NCBI GenBank assembly: GCA_021295895.1
Contig: JAGWBM010000029.1
Location: forward strand, 25,857 to 89,856
Length of the DNA stretch: 64,000 nucleotides
Direction of reading: 5' to 3'
Origin: Pseudomonadales bacterium
GTDB taxonomy: Bacteria > Pseudomonadota > Gammaproteobacteria > Pseudomonadales > Azotimanducaceae
Shown here: piece after piece, positions 35,510 to 44,679 of the stretch
Layout of the letters: each line of letters opens with the position of its first letter
How positions within the stretch are numbered: the stretch's first letter is position 1
Position numbers and translations under genes: made by a program
The notes under the pieces: model-generated
Database searches by the model: none
What the model was told of the DNA's origin: nothing
The model's input: the letters and a program-made list of their open reading frames with translations, nothing else

Positions 35510-37363
35510 GTGCTTCAGTTCATCGATGTAATGCTGCGCCGCGGCGAGAAGATGCTGTTCGACGGCCTCAGTCTCACGATCCACGCCGGTCACAAGGCGG
35601 GGGTCGTGGGCCGCAACGGGATCGGCAAGTCGACGCTGTTCGAATTGGTCCGGCATCGGCTCCTCCCGGAGGCGGGCGAGATTGTCTGGCCGGCGTCCTG
35701 GCGGCTGTCCTGCCTCGAACAGTCGATCGAGCCGTCTTCTCGTTCGGCCCTGGATTTCGTGTTGGATGGCGATACGCGGTTGCGATCCATCGAGAGATCG
35801 ATCGCGAAGGCCGAACGCGCGGCCGACGACCACGCCCTGGGCCATCTCTACTCCGACTTCGACGATGCCGGGGGCTACGATGCCCATGCACGCGCCGGCG
35901 AGATCCTCTCCGGCCTCGGCTTTGACGCGTCCGACTTCGACAAGCCCCATGGCGCGTTTTCCGGCGGCTGGCGCATCAGGGCGAACCTCGCCCGGGCTTT
36001 GATGACCCCTTCGGAACTGCTGTTGCTCGACGAGCCGACCAACCACTTGGACCTGGACGCGACGCTGTGGCTCGAGAACTGGGTGCGCAAGTACCAGGGA
36101 ACGCTGCTCTTGATCGCCCACGACCGGGACTTCCTGGACCGCAGCATGGGCGAGATCGTCCACCTGGACGACGGCAAGGCCACCGCCTACGCGGGCAACT
36201 ACAGCGCCTTCGAACGCCAGCGCGCCGAGGCACTGGAACGCCGGGCGGCGATCTACAAGAAGCAGCAGCGGCGCGTCGCCGAGATCCACGCCTTCGTGGA
36301 CCGTTTCCGGGCCAAGGCGAGCAAGGCGCGCCAGGCCCAGAGCCGGTTGAAGGAACTCGAACGCATGGACCTTCTCGCCCCGGTCCACGCCGAGTTGCCT
36401 TACCGGTTCGCCTTCACGCAGCCGAAGAAGATCTCCAACCCGACGCTCATGCTCGACGACGCGGCGATCGGCTACGACGGCAAGGCGGTCCTCGAAGATG
36501 TCACGTTGCGGGTCTATCCGAACGATCGCATCGGTGTCCTCGGTGCCAACGGCGCCGGCAAGACCACTTTGCTGCGCTGTCTTGCTGGCGAACTGACCCC
36601 GCTCGCGGGATCGTCGGGTCGCGGCCAACACGCCACGGTGGGCTACTTCGCCCAACACCAGTTGGAGTCGCTGGATCTCGACGCCTCGCCGCTCAACCAT
36701 TTCGCGGATCCGCAGGGAAACGATCTGCCTGTGTGGACGGATCAGCGGATCCGGGACTACCTCGGTGGTTGGGGTTTCCGTGGCGACGACGTGGGCCGGC
36801 CGGCGAGGACGTTCTCCGGTGGCGAGAAAGCGCGGCTCGTGCTTGCGCTACTCGCCTGTCGACAGCCCGCCGTGCTGGTGCTCGACGAACCCACCAACCA
36901 CTTGGATCTCGACATGCGGCAGGCGTTGGCCATCGCCCTGCAGGAATACCGGGGTGCCGTGCTACTGGTATCCCACGACCGCCACCTGCTCAGGCAATGC
37001 GCGGACGACTTCTGGCTGGTTGCCGACGGCACCGTCAGGCGCTTCCGCGACGACCTCGACGCGTACACCGCGCTGCGCCGAAAACGCTCGGCGGGCGAGC
37101 GTCCGGCAAGTGACGGCGCGCAACGCCAACCCCGCGGCAATCGCAACTCGTTGAGCCGAGAACAGGTACGGCTCGAAAAACGCCTCGAGCAGCTTGCCGG
37201 TCGCCTCGAGGACATCGACGCGAGTCTCGGCGAACCCGACATGCATGAGCGACCCGACGAACTGGCTCAGCGGGTGGCCGAACGTCGGCGAACCGCGGGG
37301 GAGATGGAACGGGCAGAGGCGGCTTGGTTAGCCGTCCAGGGGAAAATCGACCTGCTGGATTGA
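35510..37363 (+). CDS. ABC-F ATPase (YheS-like)
   Basis: Two ABC cassettes (GRNGIGKS/FSGGW/LDEPTNHLD; GANGAGKT/FSGGE), no TM segments. Confidence 0.92.
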   Translation: MLQFIDVMLRRGEKMLFDGLSLTIHAGHKAGVVGRNGIGKSTLFELVRHRLLPEAGEIVWPASWRLSCLEQSIEPSSRSALDFVLDGDTRLRSIERSIAKAERAADDHALGHLYSDFDDAGGYDAHARAGEILSGLGFDASDFDKPHGAFSGGWRIRANLARALMTPSELLLLDEPTNHLDLDATLWLENWVRKYQGTLLLIAHDRDFLDRSMGEIVHLDDGKATAYAGNYSAFERQRAEALERRAAIYKKQQRRVAEIHAFVDRFRAKASKARQAQSRLKELERMDLLAPVHAELPYRFAFTQPKKISNPTLMLDDAAIGYDGKAVLEDVTLRVYPNDRIGVLGANGAGKTTLLRCLAGELTPLAGSSGRGQHATVGYFAQHQLESLDLDASPLNHFADPQGNDLPVWTDQRIRDYLGGWGFRGDDVGRPARTFSGGEKARLVLALLACRQPAVLVLDEPTNHLDLDMRQALAIALQEYRGAVLLVSHDRHLLRQCADDFWLVADGTVRRFRDDLDAYTALRRKRSAGERPASDGAQRQPRGNRNSLSREQVRLEKRLEQLAGRLEDIDASLGEPDMHERPDELAQRVAERRRTAGEMERAEAAWLAVQGKIDLLD

Positions 37364-37419
37364 CCCCCTATGCGCATCGCTTGGGAAAACCGCAACCCGT
37401 TGAATCGCCTGACCGAATC

Positions 37420-37444
37420 GTAGGGGCGACGCTTGTCGTCGCCC
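37420..37444 (+). repeat. GTAG-REP singlet
   Basis: GTAG-GGGCGACG-CTTGT-CGTCGCCC. Confidence 0.85.
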
Positions 37445-37518
37445 GTTGGCGAATGACCCGGTTGCCCCGGCAACGTAGACACACCTCTTTCGGGGGGATC
37501 CTCCAGTGGCTCGATCGT

Positions 37519-38433
37519 TCAACCGTCAAGATGCGAGCCGCTCAGAAACGCCGGGTCGGCAACGGCGTCGCGAATATGGCGGGCCACGAGGTCGGGCGCT
37601 TGCATCGGCATGAAGTGCGTCAGTTCCGGGTGATGCACATCGCGCCCGTTTGGAAATGCCGCCGCCAATCCAGCCCACGTCGGTGATCGGGAGAAGTCCA
37701 TCGCGCCCGAGCCGAGGGGGCCATCGTGACCGGAAGGCCGCGCCTTTGCCCGCAGCACCACGACCGGTTGCGTCACTCGTTCGATGATCGCGCGGATGTC
37801 GCGACCGGCGCTTCCCGCGTAGATGGCGGCTTCGACCTGGGGCGGACAGCCGAGCACGAAGCCGTCGCCGTCGGGAACGATGCCGAAGCGGCAATAGTCC
37901 ATGAGAATCTCGGGAACCCATAGGCTGAACGGATGCCTGTCCTTGAATCGTTCGAACATCTCCTCGGGCGATGCCCACTGGTTGCGTCGGCGGGAAACGG
38001 GATGATCGTCGGCCGAACGGAAGGGCGCTGAAATGGCGTATGCGGCGGGATCCAGGATCACGGGATCGACCAGCAGCAAAGCCCGGAACCGCTCCGGGTG
38101 CACGCCAGCGGCTTGCACGGTGGCGTGGCCGCCCATCGAATGACCGACGCCGATGATGTCGTCGAGATCGAGTGCCTCGACCAGCGCGGCCGCATCGGCA
38201 CCGAACTCACCCCATTCGTAGGGCGGCGCCTTCGTGGAGCGACCGTGGCCGCGCTGATCCACGGCGATGACGCGAGGGGCTTGCCTCTCGCTTGAGAGAC
38301 CCCGGATGACACCATCCCAGCAGCGAGCATGGAAGCCGGTGGCGTGCAGCATCAGCACGGTGGGCCCGACACGAGGTCCCCATTCGAAGTAGGCGAGTTC
38401 AATGCCGCGAATGGCGACCCGGCACTCTCTCAC
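37519..38433 (-). CDS. alpha/beta hydrolase
   Basis: HATGF, DQRGHG, GHSMGG nucleophile elbow, C-terminal THF. Confidence 0.9.
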   Translation of the reverse strand: MRECRVAIRGIELAYFEWGPRVGPTVLMLHATGFHARCWDGVIRGLSSERQAPRVIAVDQRGHGRSTKAPPYEWGEFGADAAALVEALDLDDIIGVGHSMGGHATVQAAGVHPERFRALLLVDPVILDPAAYAISAPFRSADDHPVSRRRNQWASPEEMFERFKDRHPFSLWVPEILMDYCRFGIVPDGDGFVLGCPPQVEAAIYAGSAGRDIRAIIERVTQPVVVLRAKARPSGHDGPLGSGAMDFSRSPTWAGLAAAFPNGRDVHHPELTHFMPMQAPDLVARHIRDAVADPAFLSGSHLDG

Positions 38434-38485
38434 GTTAAGGTGTCCTCGGACTCATGGAGAACGCGACCGGACTCGCCGTTGGCGC

Positions 38486-38578
38486 GTCGGGACGGGCTTG
38501 TCCCGTCCCGCTGCTGGCGAAACGCACGTCCCTGATGCCGCCGACCGCGCACCCCGACGGGGGCGATCGGGGCGCTAC
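38486..38578. repeat. REP doublet; the right GTAG-hairpin contains the DUF418 gene stop
   Basis: GTCGGGACGGGCTTGTCCCGTCCCG and minus-strand GTAGCGCCCCGAT...GTCGGGGTGCGC. Confidence 0.65.
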
Positions 38579-39864
38579 GGACCTGTTCCATGCAGCGCCA
38601 TGGGCTGCCGGCGCCCGTAGGTGAGCGTGCGCCACAGCCACTCAAGCGGCCCGAACCGATAGCGGTCAAGCCACCACACGCTGAACGCGATCATGACCAA
38701 CCACTGACCAAACACGACGTAGTACAACTCGTGCCGCGCCAGCTCGTTCCACAATCCGAACCCCATGTCGTGGAAGATCACGATCCCGAACAGGCTCTGG
38801 AGGATGTAGTTCGAGAGCGCCATGCGCCCCACGGCCGCAAGACCCCGCCGCAGTTTCGCCAGGTAGCCGCGCGCGCCGGCGATCATGACGGCCGACACGA
38901 AACCCAATGCCATGCACACCCGGCCGAGGTCGTTGGTGGGAACGGACGCACCGGACACCCATTCGGGCGCGTAGTCGGTGGCGATCTTCATGGCCATTTC
39001 GAAGCCGTTGACGGCCAGGCCGATGCCGAATCCCAGGACCGCCGTCGCCAGGTAGAAGCCTTGGCTTCGCTGTCCGGTCAGAAAACCGACCTTGAACAGG
39101 GCCATGCCGAGCAGCATGCACGCGATGGCGTCCCAAATAATGAAGTAGGGCAGCGCGAAGACATAGAGGTCGATGACTTCCCCCGCATTCGCCTTAACGG
39201 ATTGCCAATACGACCCTTCGAACTTCAACCTCTCCCTTTCGAGAAGGCCCGGGGTCGGCTCGATGTTGACCTCCAGCTCGCGCCATCCGTCGAGCATGGC
39301 CCGTTCTTCGGTCGTTATCGACTCGCCGGCGTCCAACCGCACCTGCACCGCCTCGGCCTGCTCGGGCACGACCGTCAGCATCAGGTAGAAGGATCCGTAG
39401 CAGATCACCAGGTAGGCGAAGACAACGCCGGCGGCGATGAAGAGTCCTCGGGGTGGCCAGTTGCGTGCGAAGTAGAGAACCATTCCGGCAAGGGCGTAGG
39501 GCACGAGGATGTCGCCCGTCCACAACAGGACGAAGGCATCGATCAGGCCGATCGCGAGCAGCAGCAGCTGGCGCCGGTAGTGGATCGCCGCGCCCTTGCC
39601 GCTTGCCGCCACCATGGCGATGCCGGCCCCGAACAGCATCGAGAACAGCGCGCGCATCGCGCCCTCGAAGACGAACCCCATGGCGAAGTAGGCGGCGAAG
39701 TCGACACCGGTGGTCGAGCCGTCGACGGTGGGATCGAACTGGGCCCGGAACGGCAGGCCGAAAGCCAGGATGTTGATGATCAGTATGCCGAGGAGGGCAA
39801 CGCCGCGGATGGTGTCGATGGCCTCGATACGCTCGTTCGGCGCGGCCGGCGCAAGGTCGGTCAT
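38575..39864 (-). CDS. DUF418 (YeiB-like) membrane protein
   Basis: RIEAIDTIRGVALLGI, FSMLFGAG, GDIL, GRMALSNY, GPLEWLWR. Confidence 0.9.
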   Translation of the reverse strand: MTDLAPAAPNERIEAIDTIRGVALLGILIINILAFGLPFRAQFDPTVDGSTTGVDFAAYFAMGFVFEGAMRALFSMLFGAGIAMVAASGKGAAIHYRRQLLLLAIGLIDAFVLLWTGDILVPYALAGMVLYFARNWPPRGLFIAAGVVFAYLVICYGSFYLMLTVVPEQAEAVQVRLDAGESITTEERAMLDGWRELEVNIEPTPGLLERERLKFEGSYWQSVKANAGEVIDLYVFALPYFIIWDAIACMLLGMALFKVGFLTGQRSQGFYLATAVLGFGIGLAVNGFEMAMKIATDYAPEWVSGASVPTNDLGRVCMALGFVSAVMIAGARGYLAKLRRGLAAVGRMALSNYILQSLFGIVIFHDMGFGLWNELARHELYYVVFGQWLVMIAFSVWWLDRYRFGPLEWLWRTLTYGRRQPMALHGTGP

Positions 39865-39915
39865 GGCGACACTATAACGCGAAGGGGTCGTTCGCGATGG
39901 TTCTTTGCCGGCCCC

Positions 39916-40067
39916 GTAGGGGCGACGCTTGTCGTCGCTTTTTTTGTTTCAACCCGGGCGACCGTGCGCCTACAAGGAATGCCGCCGCGGCCGCAGAGCG
40001 CACCGCCGCCGGCGTGAACTACGCCGTCCCGAATCAAATGACGGGACGGGACAAGCCCGTCCCCTAC
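39916..40067. repeat. GTAG-REP cluster; last copy contains the enoyl-CoA hydratase stop
   Basis: GTAGGGGCGACGCTTGTCGTCGC followed by a T-run; CGGGACGGGACAAGCCCGTCCCCTAC at 40042-40067. Confidence 0.8.
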
Positions 40068-40769
40068 ACCACCGCCCGCGGCTTGACCCGGGGTCCCGGG
40101 TGCCGTGTGGCCCGGTCGAACCAGTCGGCCGCGGGGATGTCGTGGTAGGCGCGCAGAAGCGTCTTGAGCCGCGCCAACGCGCCGTCGGGGTAGGCAGCCA
40201 GTTCCTCCACCAGTTCTCGTGCGGCTGTTACGACGTGGTCATCGGAAACGGCCTCGTAGGCGATGCCCAGGGAGGTGAGTTCCGAGCCTGGAAACCGACG
40301 CCCGGTCAGCGTCAACTGCGCGGCGGTGCTCTCGCTGTGGCGCAGTCGAAGCCATGCCATGTTGTACGGTGCCGCCATGCCCTGCTTGACCTCGCCGACC
40401 TGAAGGAAAGCGGTCTCGCCTGCAACCAGGAGGTCGGCAGCGAGTGCCAGGGCTGCGCCCCCGTTGATCGCGTAGCGCTCGAGGGCGGCGACGACGGGTG
40501 GCCTTGTGGGTGGCCCGCCAGATGGCCGGGAAACGCGGCATCCAGTCCGGCGGCGGCTCGGCATTGAAGGCCTTCAGATCGAGGCCGGAGCAGAATGCGC
40601 CGTCGGCGCCGCGCAACAGGATCGCCTGGATGCCGTCCCCGGCATCGGCGCGTTGGATCGCCGCCGCAAGCCCCTCGCCTAAGGGGCCGTTGATCGCGTT
40701 CCGGCTCTCGGGGCGGTTCAGGACGACCTCGGCCCACCGCCCGTGGTCGATGAACTCCACCTCCGCCAT
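40064..40769 (-). pseudogene. enoyl-CoA hydratase/isomerase, frameshifted near 40500
   Basis: LNRPESRNAI...FCSGLDLK in one frame, PVVAALERYAINGGAALALAADL in another; 706 bp is not a multiple of 3. Confidence 0.8.
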
Positions 40770-40850
40770 CCGACGCCCCTTGATCGACGTAACGACGCCG
40801 AAGCATACTCCACCCTCACCGTACAACCACACAGGATAGGGAGCACGAGC

Positions 40851-41270
40851 GTGGATCTGACGGACAGCAAGACGCTTAACAACTTGAAGGACGCGTTCGC
40901 CGGCGAGTCGCAGGCGAATCGACGGTATCTGTATTTCGCCGCCAAGGCGGATGTCGAAGGCGAGAACGACGTGGCGGCGGTGTTCCGGTCCACGGCGGAA
41001 GGCGAGACCGGCCACGCCCACGGCCACCTGGAATACATGGAGAGCGTTGGCGACCCGGCGACCGGCCTGCCGATCGGGACCACGGACGCGAACTTGAAGG
41101 CCGCCATCGCCGGTGAGACCTACGAGTACACCGACATGTACCCCGGTATGGCGAAGACCGCCCGTGACGAAGGCTTCGACGAGATCGCGGACTGGTTCGA
41201 GACGTTGGCCAAGGCCGAACGGTCCCACGCCAACCGCTTCACCAAAGCGTTGAACGCGATGGAGGACTAG
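40851..41270 (+). CDS. short rubrerythrin (no rubredoxin domain)
   Basis: [43 protein letters not shown]. Confidence 0.93.
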   Translation: MDLTDSKTLNNLKDAFAGESQANRRYLYFAAKADVEGENDVAAVFRSTAEGETGHAHGHLEYMESVGDPATGLPIGTTDANLKAAIAGETYEYTDMYPGMAKTARDEGFDEIADWFETLAKAERSHANRFTKALNAMED

Positions 41271-41297
41271 CCTCGCTACTCGTAATTCGCGACGACG

Positions 41298-41330
41298 AAG
41301 GCCTCGCTTGGAGAAAGCGGGGCCTTTTTT
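41298..41330 (+). terminator. intrinsic terminator after rubrerythrin
   Basis: AAGGCCTCGCTT-GGAGA-AAGCGGGGCC stem followed by TTTTTT. Confidence 0.75.
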
Positions 41331-41371
41331 GTGTCCAAGGTGTGAACAAACCCTACTAGAGGAACGACGAC

Positions 41372-42691
41372 ATCAGGGAAGGTAGCCTCGAAGCGCCGAA
41401 ACGCGAGCCGATCGACTGGCAGGGCGCGGAATTCCACGACCGGAACGCCGTGGATGCCGAACTCGAGCGAGTGTTCGACGTCTGCCACGGTTGCCGGCGC
41501 TGCGTGAATCTCTGCGAGGCGTTTCCGACCCTGTTCGACCTGATCGACGAGTCGGACACCATGGAAGTGGACGGCGTCGACAAGGCGGACTTCGGCAAGG
41601 TGGTCGAGCAGTGCTACCTGTGCGATCTCTGCGCCGAGACCAAGTGTCCGTACCTGCCGCCCCACGAGTGGCGCATCGACTTTCCGCACCTGATGCTGCG
41701 TGCCAAGGCGGCGCGGTTCAAGGAGTCGAAGCCGCGCTGGCGCGACCGGCTCATCACGAGTACCGGCGGGGCATTTAAGGCGTTGTCGACACCCGGTGTC
41801 GCCCCGCTTGCCAACGCCGCCGCGAACAACGCCACGCTCCGGGGTCTGGGTGAACGGCTCGCGGGCATCCACAAGGACGCCCCGTTGCCCGTCTTCCATA
41901 GCCGCACCGCGAGCAGGCGCGCCGCGCCGACCGACGACATCGAACCCCGCGCCGGCAGTGGGACGACGGGCAAGGTCGCCGTGTACGTCACTTGCTACGG
42001 GGAGCACAACGAACCGAACGTCGTCGAGGATCTACTTGCAGTGCTGCGCCACAACGGCATTGCCGTGAAACTGCTCGCGGGTACCGCCTGCTGCGGGATG
42101 CCGAAATTCGAACTCGGCGACCTCGACTCGGTGGCGGCGCACAAGGACGCCAACCTGCCGCTTTTCCTCGACGCGATCGACGACGGCCACGAGCTCATGT
42201 CGATCGTGCCCTCGTGTACGTTGATGTACCGTCAGGAACTGCCCCTGCTGTTTCCGCACGACGAAGCGGTCGCGCGCGTCGGCGAAGCGTTCTTCGATCC
42301 CTTCGAGTACCTGGTCCTGCGCCGTCGTGATGGCCTCGCCAACCTCGATTTCGAGGACTCCCTGGGCAAGGTCGCCTACCACGCCGCGTGTCATCAGCGC
42401 GTGCAGTCCATCGGCCAACGTACCCGGGAGTTCCTTTCCCTGGTGCCGGACACCGAGGTCACCATGATCGAACGGTGTTCCGGACACGACGGCACGTACG
42501 CGGTGAAGGCGGAGACCTATCCGAAGGCGATGAAGATCGCCCGGCCGGTGGTGCGGCGGGTCCGCGAAGCCGAAGCGAATACGTACGGGTCCGACTGCCC
42601 CATGGCCGGCCGGCTCATCGAGCACGGCTTAGACGATGGTTCGACCGCCACGCATCCGATCTCGATGCTGCGCCGGGCGTACGCGATTTGA
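41372..42691 (+). CDS. Fe-S oxidoreductase (GlpC/heterodisulfide-reductase-related, CCG domains); start uncertain
   Basis: REGSLEAP..PIDW, CHGCRRCVNLC, CYLCDLC, CCGMP, CSGHDG, SDCPM. Confidence 0.88.
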   Translation: MREGSLEAPKREPIDWQGAEFHDRNAVDAELERVFDVCHGCRRCVNLCEAFPTLFDLIDESDTMEVDGVDKADFGKVVEQCYLCDLCAETKCPYLPPHEWRIDFPHLMLRAKAARFKESKPRWRDRLITSTGGAFKALSTPGVAPLANAAANNATLRGLGERLAGIHKDAPLPVFHSRTASRRAAPTDDIEPRAGSGTTGKVAVYVTCYGEHNEPNVVEDLLAVLRHNGIAVKLLAGTACCGMPKFELGDLDSVAAHKDANLPLFLDAIDDGHELMSIVPSCTLMYRQELPLLFPHDEAVARVGEAFFDPFEYLVLRRRDGLANLDFEDSLGKVAYHAACHQRVQSIGQRTREFLSLVPDTEVTMIERCSGHDGTYAVKAETYPKAMKIARPVVRRVREAEANTYGSDCPMAGRLIEHGLDDGSTATHPISMLRRAYAI

Positions 42692-42705
42692 GCGTTGAGG
42701 TCGTC

Positions 42706-43299
42706 GTGCAGAAGCTGACTCGCGAAACGCTCTGGAGCCTCGAACAGTACGCCGTGGAACGCGAGGCGTTCCGGCGCATGGTGATCGAACACAAGCGTGC
42801 CCGGCGGGTGGCCCTGGGAGCGCACGCCACGCTTCTGTTCGAGGATTTCCTGACCATGAAGTACCAGGTCCAGGAAATGCTGCGCGTGGAGCGCATCTTC
42901 GAACCCGACGCCATCGAGGATGAGATCGCGGCCTACAACCCGCTGATCCCGGATGGCACCAACTGGAAGGCGACGTTGCTGATCGAGTACGAGGACGTGG
43001 CGGAACGGGCGGCGGCGCTCAAGCGCATGCCCGGCGTCGAGCACCGGGTTTGGGTCGGTGTCGGCGATACGCCGCGAACGTTCGCCGTTGCCGACGAAGA
43101 TCTCGACCGCACGGATCGGGACAAGACCGCCGCGGTGCACTTCCTGCGTTTCGAACTGGATCCCGACCGGGTTGACGCCGTTGCGGCGGGTGCTGCGGTG
43201 ACCCTCGGGATCGACCACGACGAACTGCGCTGCAGGGTGACGCTTGATGACCACACGGCCGCGGCACTGGCGGGTGATTTGATCCCGACCGGCGGTTGA
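42706..43299 (+). CDS. DUF3501 family protein
   Basis: LLFE..TMKYQVQEMLRVE, AYNPLIP, AVHFLRF; standard third gene of this cluster. Confidence 0.88.
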   Translation: MQKLTRETLWSLEQYAVEREAFRRMVIEHKRARRVALGAHATLLFEDFLTMKYQVQEMLRVERIFEPDAIEDEIAAYNPLIPDGTNWKATLLIEYEDVAERAAALKRMPGVEHRVWVGVGDTPRTFAVADEDLDRTDRDKTAAVHFLRFELDPDRVDAVAAGAAVTLGIDHDELRCRVTLDDHTAAALAGDLIPTGG

Positions 43300-43313
43300 G
43301 AAGGCGGCACTCG

Positions 43314-44552
43314 ATGAGTGATTTGGCCAAGCAAATCGCGGCCGACATGGCGGGCTGGGACGCGATCGACGACCACCGGACGGGAACGGCGGGTGATCGA
43401 CAGACATCCGATTGGCTGAGCGGGCGTGTGGAGTCCACGGGCCTCGTGCCGCGCCGGGACGACTTTCCGCTGTCCCGTTGGGTGCTTGAGCACTGCGTGT
43501 TGGACGTCGACGGGACCGTTGTCGAAGGTGTGCCTCTGTTCGACGGCGGGACGACCGGTCCGGAGGGTGTCGTCGGTGACCTCGGCTTGGTGGGCGAGGG
43601 AAGCGGGAGGTCGGCGTGGCTGGGCCGGAGGCGGAGTCGGCGCACAGCGGCAGCGAAGCGCCGACCCGGCTATGGGGCGCTCGTTAGGAGCCGCGGTAAA
43701 CCCAGGATCGGCGTCGGTGCGTTCGGCAACGCCGCCGGCGAAGCCACGGGCGCACTCGCCGCCGCCCGTCGATCCGACGAGTACGGCGCCATCGTGGCTG
43801 TCTCCAGGATGGACACCCGGGTCACGGGTCTCGCCTTGCAGAATGCGGATCGGTTCAACGAACCCTTCGGGCCGCCCGTTCTGCAGGTGGCGACCGAATA
43901 CGAGGAATGGCTTCAGAACGCGGCGGCAATCGGGGCTTCGGCGCGCCTCACGGCGCACGTGACCCGCGAGACGGCGACGGGATCGAACGTGTTCTGCCGG
44001 GTGCCCGGGCGCGATCCGGCGCTCGAGCCGTTGACCGTGGTCACGCCGAAGAGCGCGTGGTGGGTTTGCACGGCGGAGCGTGGCGGCGGCATCGCGGTGT
44101 GGCTGGCCCTGCTACGTTACTTCGCCGCGAGTCAGCCCGCGCGGGATGTCGTGTTCATCGCCACCAGCGGACATGAACTCGGCCACCTCGGCCTCGAACA
44201 CTTCCTGGCCACCAAGGTCACCCCGCGCAGCCACGCCTGGATCCACCTGGGCGCGAACTTCGCGGCCGTGGATTCCCGAATCCGGCTGCAGGCATCGGAT
44301 CGCGAATTCATGGACATGGCCGAGGGCGCACTTTCGGCGCACGGTGCCCCGGTGTCGACGCGGACGCCACTAGGCGAACGCCCCGGCGGCGAGGCGCGCA
44401 ACATCTACGATCTGGGCGAACGCTACGTGTCGCTGCTGGGAAGCAATCGCTGGTTCCACCATCCCGACGATCGTTGGCCGACGACGATCGATTTGGACAA
44501 CACCGAACGGGTCGCGCATGCCGTGCTCGCCATCGCCACGCGCTTGGCCTGA
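43314..44552 (+). CDS. hypothetical protein, M28 peptidase-like fold suspected
   Basis: HRTGT, ERGGG, TSGHELGH, HLGAN, FHHPDD; carries an in-frame repeat insert. Confidence 0.6.
   Translation: MSDLAKQIAADMAGWDAIDDHRTGTAGDRQTSDWLSGRVESTGLVPRRDDFPLSRWVLEHCVLDVDGTVVEGVPLFDGGTTGPEGVVGDLGLVGEGSGRSAWLGRRRSRRTAAAKRRPGYGALVRSRGKPRIGVGAFGNAAGEATGALAAARRSDEYGAIVAVSRMDTRVTGLALQNADRFNEPFGPPVLQVATEYEEWLQNAAAIGASARLTAHVTRETATGSNVFCRVPGRDPALEPLTVVTPKSAWWVCTAERGGGIAVWLALLRYFAASQPARDVVFIATSGHELGHLGLEHFLATKVTPRSHAWIHLGANFAAVDSRIRLQASDREFMDMAEGALSAHGAPVSTRTPLGERPGGEARNIYDLGERYVSLLGSNRWFHHPDDRWPTTIDLDNTERVAHAVLAIATRLA
43606..43687 (+). repeat. ~80-bp hairpin element, copy 2, in frame inside the CDS
   Basis: Aligns with 3510-3592 (-). 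Confidence 0.75.
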
Positions 44553-44580
44553 CCTGGTTCACCGAAATCCGGCTCTAATC

Positions 44581-44670
44581 GTCGGGGCGGCCCTCGTGGC
44601 CGCCCGCGATGGACCCCGAGGACATACCCTATCCCCTTCGCCAGCGGGACGGGACAAGCCCGTCCCCTAC
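44581..44670. repeat. GTAG-REP inverted doublet
   Basis: GTCG-GGGCGGCC-CTCGT-GGCCGCCC and CGGGACGGGACAAGCCCGTCCCCTAC. Confidence 0.8.
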
Positions 44671-44679
44671 GGTCCACCG

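Noticed and set aside
39916..39946. REP hairpin plus T-run as an intrinsic terminator
   Set aside because: It is on the + strand while both flanking genes are on the - strand, so no transcript to terminate is evident
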